Positions 1 to 9,697 of a DNA stretch of 64,000 bases are shown piece after piece. The notes beneath the pieces are model-generated. The model was not told the DNA's origin, ran no database searches, and saw only the letters and a program-made list of their open reading frames with translations. Every line of letters starts with the position of its first letter. The first letter of the stretch is position 1. Location of the stretch: positions 384,001 to 448,000 of the forward strand of contig JBMFRB010000002.1 in assembly GCA_049968255.1 (NCBI GenBank), read 5' to 3'. The translations under genes and the position numbers were made by a program. Source of the DNA: Candidatus Sumerlaeaceae bacterium. GTDB lineage: Bacteria; Sumerlaeota; Sumerlaeia; Sumerlaeales; Sumerlaeaceae.

Positions 1-2
1 AA

Positions 3-1307
3 TACGTCCTCTATTGGATGCAACAAAGTCAGCGCCTTCATTGGAACCACGCGTTTGAGTACGCTGTCGCCCAGGCTAACGCTCGAGGCCAACAGGTTGT
101 TATCGCTTTTGCCATCACGCCTAACTTTCCAGAAGCGAACCTTCGACACTATGAATTCCTGTTTCAGGGACTCGAAGATGTGGTGGTGCAAGCACAGCGC
201 CGTGGCGTATGCTTCATTGCACGCGTCGGATCGCCTGACGAGGTGATTCTCGATTTGTCTCGCCACGCATCTGAAGTCGTTGTGGACTGCGGTTACCTCC
301 GCATTCAGCGGCTTTGGCGAGAAAACGCGGCGAAGCGTCTCGTATGCAGATTGACAGAGATAGAAACAGATGCGGTGGTTCCAGTGCGCGTCGCTAGCCA
401 GAAGGAACAGTATTCTGCGGCCGCCCTCCGGCCACGCTTGCATCGGCTTTTGCCCTCGTTTCTCTTGCCGATTGAAGAACAAAGCATCACGTCTCATCCC
501 AAGGCTCCGCTGCCGTTCCCAAGCACAACGGCAGCGGAGCTTTGGGAGATTGCCTCGCGTATCGCCGTAGACAGAAGCGTTCCACCGGTCCCTGGCAAAC
601 GAGGGGGCACGTCGCACGCCTTAGAGATTTTCGAACATTTTCTTCGCGAGAAAATTGAATCTTACGCCCTACTGCGAAACAATCCCCTGCACGACGTGAC
701 ATCAGGGCTAAGCCCTTACTTGCATTTCGGTCACATCTCGCCGCTCTACGTTGCGTGGCGCGTCGCTGCACTTTCCCCTTCCCTTTCTCGCGATGCCTTT
801 CTTGAACAGCTTATTGTGCGTCGTGAGCTTAGTCTGAACTTTGTCACGTTCAATTCAGCTTACGATTCGTATGACTGTTTGCCCGAATGGGCTAAGGCGA
901 CGTTGGAAACACACGCCAAGGACCGGCGCCTCTACGTCTATTCGTGTGAAGAGTTTGAGAAAGGGCAGACGCATGATCCGATGTGGAATGCCTGCCAACA
1001 TGAACTCGTGACGACAGGGAGTTTGCACAATTATCTCCGTATGTATTGGGGAAAAAAAATTCTCGAGTGGAGCAGCTCACCGCGTGCTGCATTCGACACG
1101 GCAATTTATCTCAACAATAAGTACCAGCTTGATGGGCGGGATCCAAACAGTTTCAGCGGTGTGGCGTGGTGTTTCGGCAAGCACGATCGCCCTTGGCCCC
1201 AGCGTCCGATTTATGGAAGTGTGAGGGCGATGGCAGAGTCTGGCCTACGGAAAAAGTTTGATGTGCAAAAGTATATTTCGCACGTGCTGCAAGGCACGCA
1301 TCGTTGA
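3..1307 (+). CDS. phrB: Class II CPD photolyase (5'-partial; frame open to window start)
   Basis: Frame upstream of the ATG at 18 reads YVLYWMQ; class II motifs SGLSPYLHFGHIS, HNYLRMYWGKKILEW, LDGRDPNS, FGKHDRPW. Confidence 0.93.
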   Translation, partial: YVLYWMQQSQRLHWNHAFEYAVAQANARGQQVVIAFAITPNFPEANLRHYEFLFQGLEDVVVQAQRRGVCFIARVGSPDEVILDLSRHASEVVVDCGYLRIQRLWRENAAKRLVCRLTEIETDAVVPVRVASQKEQYSAAALRPRLHRLLPSFLLPIEEQSITSHPKAPLPFPSTTAAELWEIASRIAVDRSVPPVPGKRGGTSHALEIFEHFLREKIESYALLRNNPLHDVTSGLSPYLHFGHISPLYVAWRVAALSPSLSRDAFLEQLIVRRELSLNFVTFNSAYDSYDCLPEWAKATLETHAKDRRLYVYSCEEFEKGQTHDPMWNACQHELVTTGSLHNYLRMYWGKKILEWSSSPRAAFDTAIYLNNKYQLDGRDPNSFSGVAWCFGKHDRPWPQRPIYGSVRAMAESGLRKKFDVQKYISHVLQGTHR

Positions 1308-1328
1308 AGCCGACGGAGGACGACTCTT

Positions 1329-2480
1329 ATGCGCCGTGTGATTGACGACAGAGATCGCAAATTAGCGAAATTACTTGTGAACTATAGCACCCGTGTCTCG
1401 AAAGGCGACGTCGTTATGGTGGCTGTCACAGGTACTGATGCGTTGCCTTTGGCACAAGCCTGCGTTGAAGAGTCTCTTCTTGCCGGAGCCGCTCCCCTCC
1501 TCCAGTTTTACGACCCTCTTATTCAACGCGTTTTTATCCGAGATGCCACAGAGGCGGCTTTTCAAGCTGTCGGCAAGATTGAGTTGGCCATGATGAAAAA
1601 AGTGCAGGTGTTTATCGGAATCCGCGGAAGCGATAACCCGTTCGAGCTTAGTGGCATTCCCGCGCCGCAGCTGGAGGCCTATTCGCGCTTTGTGACAAAG
1701 CCCGTGCACATCGAACAACGTGTCAAGCGCACGCGGTGGGTTGTGCTGCGCTATCCCAATGCCTCAATGGCACAATTGGCGCAAATGAGTTCTGAAGATT
1801 TTGCTGATTTTTATTACACCGCGTGCCTTGTGGATTACGCGAAGCTGCGGCGTGGTGCGGAAAAGCTCAAAAAGCTCATGGAACGCACCTCGCGCGTGCG
1901 CATTGTTGGCCCTGGAACTGATCTTGAGTTGTCTATTGCCGGAATGCCGGTGATTCCTTGCTGCGGTGAAATGAACATTCCGGATGGAGAGTGTTTCACC
2001 GCTCCGCGCCGAAGCAGTGTAGAAGGATATGTTACCTTCAACGCTCCGACTATGTGGGAGGGGCGGCCCTTTGAAAACATTTCTCTCACATTCAAGAAGG
2101 GTAAGGTAATCTCTGCCACTGCGGCCACGTCTGAGCAAACGCAAGCGCTAGAAAAGATTCTCAATCGTGACGCAGGCGGGCGCTATGTCGGAGAGTTTGC
2201 GATTGGTTTTCATCCGACTATTAGAAAACCGATGCGTGACATCCTCTTCGATGAAAAAATCGCGGGAAGTTTTCACGTGGCTCTCGGCCAGTGCTACGAC
2301 GAAGCGCCCAACGGCAATCGCTCGCAGATCCATTGGGATCTCGTATGCATCCAGCTCTCAGAATACGGTGGAGGCGAGATCTATTTCGACGAGAAGTTAG
2401 TTCGAAAAGATGGTCGGTTTTTACTCAAAGAGCTCGCCGATCTCAATCCGCCGGAATTAAGGGAATCGGCTTTGGGATAA
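1329..2480 (+). CDS. M29 family (AmpS/AmpT/PepS) aminopeptidase
   Basis: NIPDGECFTAP, GEFAIG, LFDEKIAGSFHVALG, SQIHWD motifs; SD GGAGG at ~1315-1319. Confidence 0.9.
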   Translation: MRRVIDDRDRKLAKLLVNYSTRVSKGDVVMVAVTGTDALPLAQACVEESLLAGAAPLLQFYDPLIQRVFIRDATEAAFQAVGKIELAMMKKVQVFIGIRGSDNPFELSGIPAPQLEAYSRFVTKPVHIEQRVKRTRWVVLRYPNASMAQLAQMSSEDFADFYYTACLVDYAKLRRGAEKLKKLMERTSRVRIVGPGTDLELSIAGMPVIPCCGEMNIPDGECFTAPRRSSVEGYVTFNAPTMWEGRPFENISLTFKKGKVISATAATSEQTQALEKILNRDAGGRYVGEFAIGFHPTIRKPMRDILFDEKIAGSFHVALGQCYDEAPNGNRSQIHWDLVCIQLSEYGGGEIYFDEKLVRKDGRFLLKELADLNPPELRESALG

Positions 2481-2508
2481 TGGCGGGGGTAAAGGGATAA
2501 CGAGCGGC

Positions 2509-3849
2509 ATGAGCCGGTGGCTGCCATATGCTCTTTTTGCGTTCGCACTTCTTTTGTACGTGCTCGCCCCTACCACCGAGCGCAAGAGCCCGAGTGGCCC
2601 AGGGCAGGTGACCGTGACATTCTGGGGGTTTTCTTATCCCGCCCAAACCATGTTGGAGCTGAAACGTTCCTTCGAAGAAAAAAATCCCGGCATAAGAGTC
2701 GAAGTTCAGACCGTTGCATGGGAGCATCTTCAGCAAAAAACTCTCTGGGCTATCGCAGCAAATTCGAATGTTCCTGACCTCATCGTCGGAAGCTCAGAAT
2801 GGGTTGGAGGACTTATCAGCGCTGGAGCGCTGATGCCTCTGGACCACACTGGAGAGTTGGACGCGGCGTTTTTTGACCGTTATTTTTCAGCAGCCCTGCG
2901 TATTTATCAGTTCCCGGAGGTTCGTCCGGGAAATCAAAACCCCTTTGAACCAGTGGTGCGGCAGTATGGCGTACCACTGGACCTTGACCTGATGCTCACT
3001 TTTTATCGCAGCGATATCTTGGAACCCGTCCTCAAACGCATGGGGATGGGTGGTTTCCCTGAAACATGGGATGACCTTCTGGACCTTGGAAAGACAGTGG
3101 CCAAAGAGTTTCAAACGAGTCAGCCACCGGTAAAACTCCTTGTGCTTGATCCTGAGGATCCGGTTCCACTCAGTATGGCGTTTCTTCCTGCATCGGGAGC
3201 CCAGCTACTCGACCCATCGTTGCACAAAGCTGCATTTCACTCGCCCGAGGGTTGTGCAGCGTTTTCGTTTTTTTATAGATTACTGACGCAAAATTGCGCC
3301 GTGCGCTGGGATCGCAGCACGATGGAAGATCCTCTGGTGCTCTTTAAAACCACGCGTGCACTCGTGAATATATCGGGACCCTGGTACGGAAAGGTACTCG
3401 AGCGGCGCGCACCCGAATTGGCAGGGCGTTGGCGCATTGCGAAATTCCCCCGCCGGACGCGGGATTTGCCATCTTGTGCACTCGGAGGAGCTTGCCTTGC
3501 GATTCCCTATAACGCTCGTCATCCCAAAGAAGCGCTCAAGCTGATCAAATTCATGGCGACAGACGAGTTTACGTTGGATTATTTCCGCCGCGTTGGCAGT
3601 CCGCCGCCCCAAAAAACCGCATGGGAGAACCCAATTTTTCGCCAGCCTGTTGCTTACTACGGAGGCCAACACATTTACGCTCTCATTCGCGATGCGATTG
3701 AAACGGCGCGTCCAGTTCAGCTTTTGCCGAACACACAAATCTCACGTGATTATTTGCGGCGAGCTCTCCGCGCTATTGCAGATGGGGCGCCCATCCAGCA
3801 AACCTTGGAAAGAGCGGCGCAAGATGTTGACACGCTTTTGGCGCAGTAG
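2509..3849 (+). CDS. Carbohydrate ABC transporter substrate-binding protein (family 1)
   Basis: N-terminal hydrophobic anchor; FEEKNPGIRVEV, PDLI, YGVP...FYRSD, PETWDDL, GPW, LGG motifs. Confidence 0.85.
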   Translation: MSRWLPYALFAFALLLYVLAPTTERKSPSGPGQVTVTFWGFSYPAQTMLELKRSFEEKNPGIRVEVQTVAWEHLQQKTLWAIAANSNVPDLIVGSSEWVGGLISAGALMPLDHTGELDAAFFDRYFSAALRIYQFPEVRPGNQNPFEPVVRQYGVPLDLDLMLTFYRSDILEPVLKRMGMGGFPETWDDLLDLGKTVAKEFQTSQPPVKLLVLDPEDPVPLSMAFLPASGAQLLDPSLHKAAFHSPEGCAAFSFFYRLLTQNCAVRWDRSTMEDPLVLFKTTRALVNISGPWYGKVLERRAPELAGRWRIAKFPRRTRDLPSCALGGACLAIPYNARHPKEALKLIKFMATDEFTLDYFRRVGSPPPQKTAWENPIFRQPVAYYGGQHIYALIRDAIETARPVQLLPNTQISRDYLRRALRAIADGAPIQQTLERAAQDVDTLLAQ

Positions 3850-3945
3850 GACGCAAAATAAGTCGAGGTTTTTCCACTTGCGGCTTTGCTTGGCCCAGTA
3901 ATGTCTCGGGGATGTTGACAAGCGGCGCCGGATGGCAAAAGCCTG

Positions 3946-3954
3946 TGATATACT
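3946..3954 (+). promoter_or_regulatory. Putative extended -10 promoter element
   Basis: TGaTATACT ~36 nt upstream of the DUF1015 ATG. Confidence 0.35.
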
Positions 3955-3990
3955 TGCAATCGAACAGACCAACGGAGGTTGATTCCTAGC

Positions 3991-5358
3991 ATGGCTGACA
4001 TTTTGCCGTTTCGCGGAACGCGCTACAATAACCAGCTCATCCCGGATTTGAGCCTGGTCATATCGCCACCCTACGATGTTATATCAAAGGAGATGCAAGA
4101 CGCGCTCTATCAGCGTCATCCCAACAATGTGGTCCGTCTCATTCTGACAAAAGATGAGGACGACGACAACTTTTCCGACAAGTACACAAGGGCGGCGAAC
4201 TACTTGCGGACCTGGCGGAGCGAAGGAATTCTGATCGAAGATCATCAGCCGTCGCTCTACCTCTATGAACAGCTATTCAAGATGGCCGATGGCCGGACGA
4301 AAACACGCCGGGGCTTTTTCGCGCTTGTAAAGCTTCAAGATTACCAGGAAGGGGGCATTCGGGCACACGAGCATACATTTGCGGGGCCGAAAGCGGACCG
4401 CTTTAAACTGCTGAAAGCGACAAAAGCAAACCTCTCCCCTATTTTCCTTATTTACAACGACCCGGAAAAAAGTGTCTCCAGCCTCATCGAGGAACGCATG
4501 GATTCCACGCGTCCGTGGGCGTCGATTACCGATGAAGATGGCGTGGTGCACCGTCTTTGGGTTGTCAGCAAAAAAGATTTTATCACTGCTGTTCGTGAGA
4601 ACATGGCACCGAAAGAGCTTTTCATCGCTGATGGCCACCACCGCTACGAGACAGCTCTCGCCTACCGCGACTTCATGCGTTCCGAAACTGGACTCAAGGA
4701 TGGCAAGCAGTCGTTCGACTACACGATGGTTTACCTCTCTCACGCCGAGCAAGATGGGTTAGTAATCCTGCCAACACACCGCGCCCTTTCTCGCACGCTC
4801 ATGGCAGATGTAAATCTCAAGGAGAGCTTGGAAGAACTCGCAGACCATTTCAACGTCACAAGCGAAAAAGTGGATCTCGCTAAGGATAAGAGTGTGGCGA
4901 AAAACATCACTGATAAAGTCGCGAAACTTGGAGCTAAACGAACCGCATTCGCTATGATTGAGGCGTCGGGTAAAGTCTACTATCTCCAGCTCAAAGAAAA
5001 CGTCAAGCCGGCAGAACTCATTGATTCTGACGAGATCCCAGATGCGGTTAAGCGGCTCGACGTGTCGATCCTCCATCAATTTATTATCAACCGGGTGTTT
5101 ATTGGCAATCCAGATTTTGAGTTGGAGGAAGATGACTGCTTTTATGTTCGCGATGTTAGCAAATTATTCGAAATGCTTAAAAGCAAAAAAGCCGTTGTTG
5201 GCTTTGTCATGAATCCGACTCCCATGTCGCAAGTGTTGGAAATTGTTGCTGCTGGAATCAAGATGCCGCACAAAAGCACGTATTTTCATCCGAAGCTCGC
5301 GGATGGCCTGGTCATGCGCGATATGAGTCTCGAAACCACAAAACGCGTCCGTGGGTAA
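3991..5358 (+). CDS. DUF1015 family protein
   Basis: SPPYDVI, HEHT, IADGHHRYETA, ILPTHR, MPHKSTYFHPK. Confidence 0.9.
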   Translation: MADILPFRGTRYNNQLIPDLSLVISPPYDVISKEMQDALYQRHPNNVVRLILTKDEDDDNFSDKYTRAANYLRTWRSEGILIEDHQPSLYLYEQLFKMADGRTKTRRGFFALVKLQDYQEGGIRAHEHTFAGPKADRFKLLKATKANLSPIFLIYNDPEKSVSSLIEERMDSTRPWASITDEDGVVHRLWVVSKKDFITAVRENMAPKELFIADGHHRYETALAYRDFMRSETGLKDGKQSFDYTMVYLSHAEQDGLVILPTHRALSRTLMADVNLKESLEELADHFNVTSEKVDLAKDKSVAKNITDKVAKLGAKRTAFAMIEASGKVYYLQLKENVKPAELIDSDEIPDAVKRLDVSILHQFIINRVFIGNPDFELEEDDCFYVRDVSKLFEMLKSKKAVVGFVMNPTPMSQVLEIVAAGIKMPHKSTYFHPKLADGLVMRDMSLETTKRVRG

Positions 5359-5389
5359 GCCATCGGAAATCGCGTAGCGGGGATTTAGA

Positions 5390-6187
5390 GTGCAAAATGA
5401 CATGGCGATGGGCCTCGACATGAAAGGTGGTGGGGAGGCGCTGTTCAAACAACAAATCGAGTCTCGGCTCAGAACGGTCATCACGGCTATGGGGTGGGAG
5501 GAAACGCCTCGATCAGAGCTCCTGACTCTGGGCACAAACCCTGATTTCGGTGATTACTTTACCACGGTGGCAATTGATCTGGCCGAAAAAAGCGGTGTTA
5601 ATCCAGCCGAAGCGGCCCGAATTCTTGCGAAACAGTTGGGGCCCCCGCCGAGCGTGGTACATACGGAGTCTACGGGCTCTGGTTTTGTTAACATATTTGT
5701 ACGCCCAGCAGCCGCAGCTAAGGCGTTGGAAGTGCTCCGGCGCTGGGTCGCGCAAAACGTGACGTCAGAGCCCATGCATGAGGATGTCCGTCTTTGGGTT
5801 CGCCGCAATTGTTCCGATCACAAACTGCGAAGCACATACTCCGTTTGGCAGGTTCTCCATGCGTCGTGTGAGCAATCGGGCTCCTTGGCCGGCGAAGAGA
5901 AAAACTTGTCATTGGAACTTCTTACGGAACCCGAGGAATTCGCAGTTTGTTTACTGCTGCACGAGTTTCCTCAGAAGTTGGGGCATGGAATTCCGAGTGG
6001 ATACCTCTATCAGTTAGCAGTACGGGTAAGAGATGGCTTTTTTTGGCGCGGCCGGGTTGCTCCCTTTTGGCTAGACGATTCGGAGAATCTCTTCACGGCC
6101 GGCCCACGACGTTTTCTGCTTGCGCTTTGCGAGATGGTTCTGCGCACGGGAGTTCTTGCTCATTTTCAACGACAACGAATGCACTAG
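5390..6187 (+). CDS. ArgRS-related protein: N-terminal (Add1) domain plus DALR-like anticodon-binding domain, no catalytic core
   Basis: FGDYFTTVAIDLA...NPAEAARILA...GSGFVNIFV matches the ArgRS N-terminal domain; LLTEPEE...LHEFP...YLYQLA...RFLLALCEMVLRTG resembles DALR; no HIGH motif; 265 aa. Confidence 0.65.
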   Translation: MQNDMAMGLDMKGGGEALFKQQIESRLRTVITAMGWEETPRSELLTLGTNPDFGDYFTTVAIDLAEKSGVNPAEAARILAKQLGPPPSVVHTESTGSGFVNIFVRPAAAAKALEVLRRWVAQNVTSEPMHEDVRLWVRRNCSDHKLRSTYSVWQVLHASCEQSGSLAGEEKNLSLELLTEPEEFAVCLLLHEFPQKLGHGIPSGYLYQLAVRVRDGFFWRGRVAPFWLDDSENLFTAGPRRFLLALCEMVLRTGVLAHFQRQRMH

Positions 6188-6191
6188 GAAT

Positions 6192-7274
6192 ATGACCAAG
6201 GCATACGAACCGACACAAGTGCCGGCTGCTGCGGGGTTTTGCATGCCGCCCGAATGGGAGGACCACGAGGCGACTTGGATCGCATGGCCGCACAACGTCA
6301 CCGATTGGCCTGGGAAATTTCACCCGATCCCGTGGGTCTTTGCCGAGGTTGTCAAGCATATCAGCGAAGATGAAGAAGTGCGCATCCTGGTGGCGGACAC
6401 CAAAATGGAGCATGCTGCACGACGAACATTGGCAAGGGCTGATGCCCTTCGTGGGAAAATCACTTTTTATCATGTTGCCACCAACCGGTGTTGGACTCGC
6501 GATTCTCTGCCGACGTTCGTCGTCAATCCACGAACAAAAACACTGGGTGCTGTAAAGTGGAGGTTCAATGCTTGGGCCAAATACGACGACTGGTGGGACG
6601 ATGACCGAGCTGGTGAGATTATTGCGAAAGCAATCCCAGAGTGCTGCTGGTTTCCGAGGCGACGAGGCTCCCGCCAGCGCATTGTGCTTGAAGGTGGCGC
6701 CATTGACGTCAACGGCCAAGGGCTAGTGCTTGCAACCGAAGAGTGCCTGCTTAGCGCCACACAAGAACGCAATCCAGGGCTCAGTCGTACTGACTATGAA
6801 GAAATCTTTGCTGAGTATCTTGGTGCGTCGGAGACACTTTGGCTTGCGGGGGGGATCGTGGGCGATGACACGCACGGCCACATAGATGACGTCGCGAGGT
6901 TTGTGGCTCATGATAAAATTGTTGTGGCGGTGGAAACTCACCCCGACGAACATCATTATGAAATTCTGCGCCAAAATGTCAAACGACTCCAGAGCTACCG
7001 CAATTCCAGCAGACGCGATCTTGAGGTGATTGAAGTTCCTCTGCCGCGTCCCGTCTATTTCGCCGGCCAGCGCCTCCCGGCCAGTTATTCGAATTTCTAC
7101 ATCACGAATCGTAAGGTGCTCGTGCCCACCTTCAACGATCCAAACGATCGCATTGCTCTCAATGTTCTTCAGAGTTTATTTGGCGATCGGACGGTGGTTG
7201 GCATCTATTGCCTGGATCTTGTCCTGGGGCTGGGAACCCTTCATTGCATGACGCAGCAGCAGCCGCGGGCGTAA
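6192..7274 (+). CDS. aguA: Agmatine deiminase (peptidyl-arginine deiminase family)
   Basis: MPPEWEDH, WTRD, LEGGAID, DDTHGHIDD, ASYSNF, GTLHCMTQQQP with catalytic Cys. Confidence 0.92.
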   Translation: MTKAYEPTQVPAAAGFCMPPEWEDHEATWIAWPHNVTDWPGKFHPIPWVFAEVVKHISEDEEVRILVADTKMEHAARRTLARADALRGKITFYHVATNRCWTRDSLPTFVVNPRTKTLGAVKWRFNAWAKYDDWWDDDRAGEIIAKAIPECCWFPRRRGSRQRIVLEGGAIDVNGQGLVLATEECLLSATQERNPGLSRTDYEEIFAEYLGASETLWLAGGIVGDDTHGHIDDVARFVAHDKIVVAVETHPDEHHYEILRQNVKRLQSYRNSSRRDLEVIEVPLPRPVYFAGQRLPASYSNFYITNRKVLVPTFNDPNDRIALNVLQSLFGDRTVVGIYCLDLVLGLGTLHCMTQQQPRA

Positions 7275-7331
7275 ACGTTAAGTGCAGCTCGTCAGTTTCC
7301 AAGGATTGATCTGTTATGGGAGTGATTTTGC

Positions 7332-7655
7332 ATGACTGGGACACGCACAAGGGCGTCTGTGTGGCACTTAGCTGCATCGGTAGGAATCGCAACGCTCGTG
7401 GGCGGCGGCGTGGGCTATTTTTTCACTGGATTTTATTTCGATCCCTTTCCCGAGCAGATCGAATCGCATCCTGCGAAAGGTTGGCAAACGCGACGCATTC
7501 GGACGTTCTTCCGGACTGTCGGTATAACCTCGCCCAAGAGAGGTTCTGTCGCAGGAAGCGCGGTTGAAGCAATTTGGATGATGGCGTTTTTAATTCGAGC
7601 CCGGCGCACCGAACGCGAGATCCCAAGCGAAAATGACTCGGCCCGCCCAAAGTAG
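7332..7655 (+). CDS. Small hypothetical membrane protein
   Basis: 107-aa ORF filling the gap between aguA and LysE; GGGAG upstream; two hydrophobic segments. Confidence 0.45.
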   Translation: MTGTRTRASVWHLAASVGIATLVGGGVGYFFTGFYFDPFPEQIESHPAKGWQTRRIRTFFRTVGITSPKRGSVAGSAVEAIWMMAFLIRARRTEREIPSENDSARPK

Positions 7656-7665
7656 AACGTGACAT

Positions 7666-8415
7666 TCAACGAGGTTTGTTTGCTGGCTGCGGGCGGACGG
7701 TTACAGGTGGGCGAGGAATATGCCCTTTCCCCTGCGCCACGAGAGTCGCTTTTATAATCGAATAAATAGCTAAGCAAATGAGAATCGCTCCAACGGTTCG
7801 CTCCACCAAAAGGATGTAGCGCGGATTTAATCGACGATGAAACTGTCCGATGATCAGCGAGACGGTGAAAACCCATAGCGCACAGGCGGCAAAAACACCC
7901 AAGGCCAAGACGCTGGAAAAAAACCAGCCGTTGCCGAAATGCTGGGCCGCATTGACACTGACCAGCAGCCAATAGAAAATCGTTGGTGGGCTACCCAAAG
8001 TGAGCGCAAGGCCCAGAAAATAGCCTCGCAGCAATGCTCGCGGCCGGGTGGTAATTGCTGGATCCACGTCTTCTCCCGGTTCGGCATCCGCATCGACAGG
8101 AACCATGGCAACCGTTTGTGTTCGCAGAGCCTTGCTTCCGATGATGAACAGCAACACTCCACCGATCGCGTAGAGAATGGCTTGAGTCCAAAGCGGCAAA
8201 GCAGACAGCACCGCAACTGCTCCAGCGGAGATGGCGAAGACGTAAAAGACGTCGGCAGAGACTGCTCCCATCCCAAAGGCAATGGCTGGGATTGGTCCTC
8301 GGGAAATGGCGCGCCGAACTACTTCCAAATTGATTGGACCAGGAAAAACTGCTGCGCCAAATCCGAAAGCAAAACCGTATAGGAAAACGTGCCACATCAG
8401 CTTGTCGCTTATCAC
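7666..8415 (-). CDS. LysE/RhtB family amino-acid exporter
   Basis: PGPINL..RRAISRG, G..SAD, GLALTLGSP..IFYW; about 6 TM segments. Confidence 0.85.
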   Translation of the reverse strand: MISDKLMWHVFLYGFAFGFGAAVFPGPINLEVVRRAISRGPIPAIAFGMGAVSADVFYVFAISAGAVAVLSALPLWTQAILYAIGGVLLFIIGSKALRTQTVAMVPVDADAEPGEDVDPAITTRPRALLRGYFLGLALTLGSPPTIFYWLLVSVNAAQHFGNGWFFSSVLALGVFAACALWVFTVSLIIGQFHRRLNPRYILLVERTVGAILICLAIYSIIKATLVAQGKGHIPRPPVTVRPQPANKPR

Positions 8416-8580
8416 CGTCCGCGAAATGATACCGTCGAGCTACAGGAGCGTTCGATTTTACGAAGTGCTTGGCTAGATGCGAACGAGGAGCCCCCTTCTT
8501 GCAAGCTCTAAGCGAACGTCGTTTTCCCGAGCTGATGGAATTTCTTTGAAGAATGGCCTGACAAGGGAACATTGGGCCTC

Positions 8581-9663
8581 ATGACAACGGTTGGCGGACT
8601 TGACGAACTTGTTTGGCCTATGGCGGCTGTCGCATTTGTATTTGGGGCTGTCTGGGGCAGTTTCTTGAATGTGTGCATTTACCGAGTTCCCGTAGGCAAA
8701 TCGATTGTCTTTCCTGGTTCCCACTGCACTGTTTGCGGGACCCCGATTCAGTGGTTCGACAACATTCCGATTTTGAGCTATTTGCTCCTTAGCGGGACGT
8801 GTCGATCCTGTGGTTCGCATTTTAGCGCCCGTTATGCCGCAATTGAAGCGCTAAGCGGACTTCTTTTTGTCGCAATCTGGCTGACATATCCCTGGCAATT
8901 TGCTGTTATTAGCCATTGGGTTGTTCTGTGTCTCTTGCTGATTGGCATGTTCACAGACATTGATCATTTCATTATCCCGGATGGCGTAACGCTCGGCGGG
9001 CTTGGCTTCGCAATTCTTTCACAAGCAATGATCCCCACCAAGGAGAGCTTTTGCAGCCAAGACATGCGGATGATTTTGAACATTTTAGGTATCCCCGCAG
9101 CCATGCCAAACGATGGCTTCGTTGCGCATGCCGCCACCCTCGGTTGGAGCGTGATTTCTGCAGGATTTGGCTGGATGGTTCTTTCAGGAATAGCTCTTTT
9201 CGGGCGGATCTTGTTCAAAAAGGAAGCGATGGGAGGGGGGGATATCAAGCTGTTTGCATTTTTGGGGGCCTATTTCGGAGTAAGCGCAACAATGGCGATT
9301 TTGTTTTTGGCATCTGTTTTAGGAGCACTCGGGGGAAGTCTTCTTCTGCTTGCGCACAAGCTCCGTCGTCGCGATCAGGTTGACGAATTGAGCTTTGACC
9401 CGGCAGCCGCGAAGCGGCCTCCCTATGCCGTTGGTGTACACAAGAGTGATACTTGCGCAATCTTAGGCAGCCTGCAGGGGGAAACTGAGTCTGCTCCCCC
9501 GCGTTTCATCCGGATTTCACTAAAGACTTCCCGACAGCTCCATCATTTTCCTTTTGGTCCGTACATTGCTATCGCTGCAATTTTTGTGTTAATAATTTTC
9601 CAACAATACAAGAGTCATGTTGAAGAATATTTATGGTTGGTTCCGGAACTCACAGGGAAGTGA
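8581..9663 (+). CDS. pilD: Prepilin peptidase/N-methyltransferase (A24)
   Basis: GSFLNVCIYRVP, two CxxC motifs (SHCTVC, TCRSC), TDIDHFIIPD, MGGGDIKL, PFGPY. Confidence 0.93.
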   Translation: MTTVGGLDELVWPMAAVAFVFGAVWGSFLNVCIYRVPVGKSIVFPGSHCTVCGTPIQWFDNIPILSYLLLSGTCRSCGSHFSARYAAIEALSGLLFVAIWLTYPWQFAVISHWVVLCLLLIGMFTDIDHFIIPDGVTLGGLGFAILSQAMIPTKESFCSQDMRMILNILGIPAAMPNDGFVAHAATLGWSVISAGFGWMVLSGIALFGRILFKKEAMGGGDIKLFAFLGAYFGVSATMAILFLASVLGALGGSLLLLAHKLRRRDQVDELSFDPAAAKRPPYAVGVHKSDTCAILGSLQGETESAPPRFIRISLKTSRQLHHFPFGPYIAIAAIFVLIIFQQYKSHVEEYLWLVPELTGK

Positions 9664-9697
9664 TCTCAGAGAAAGCCGCATCCAACAGGTGAGCAAA

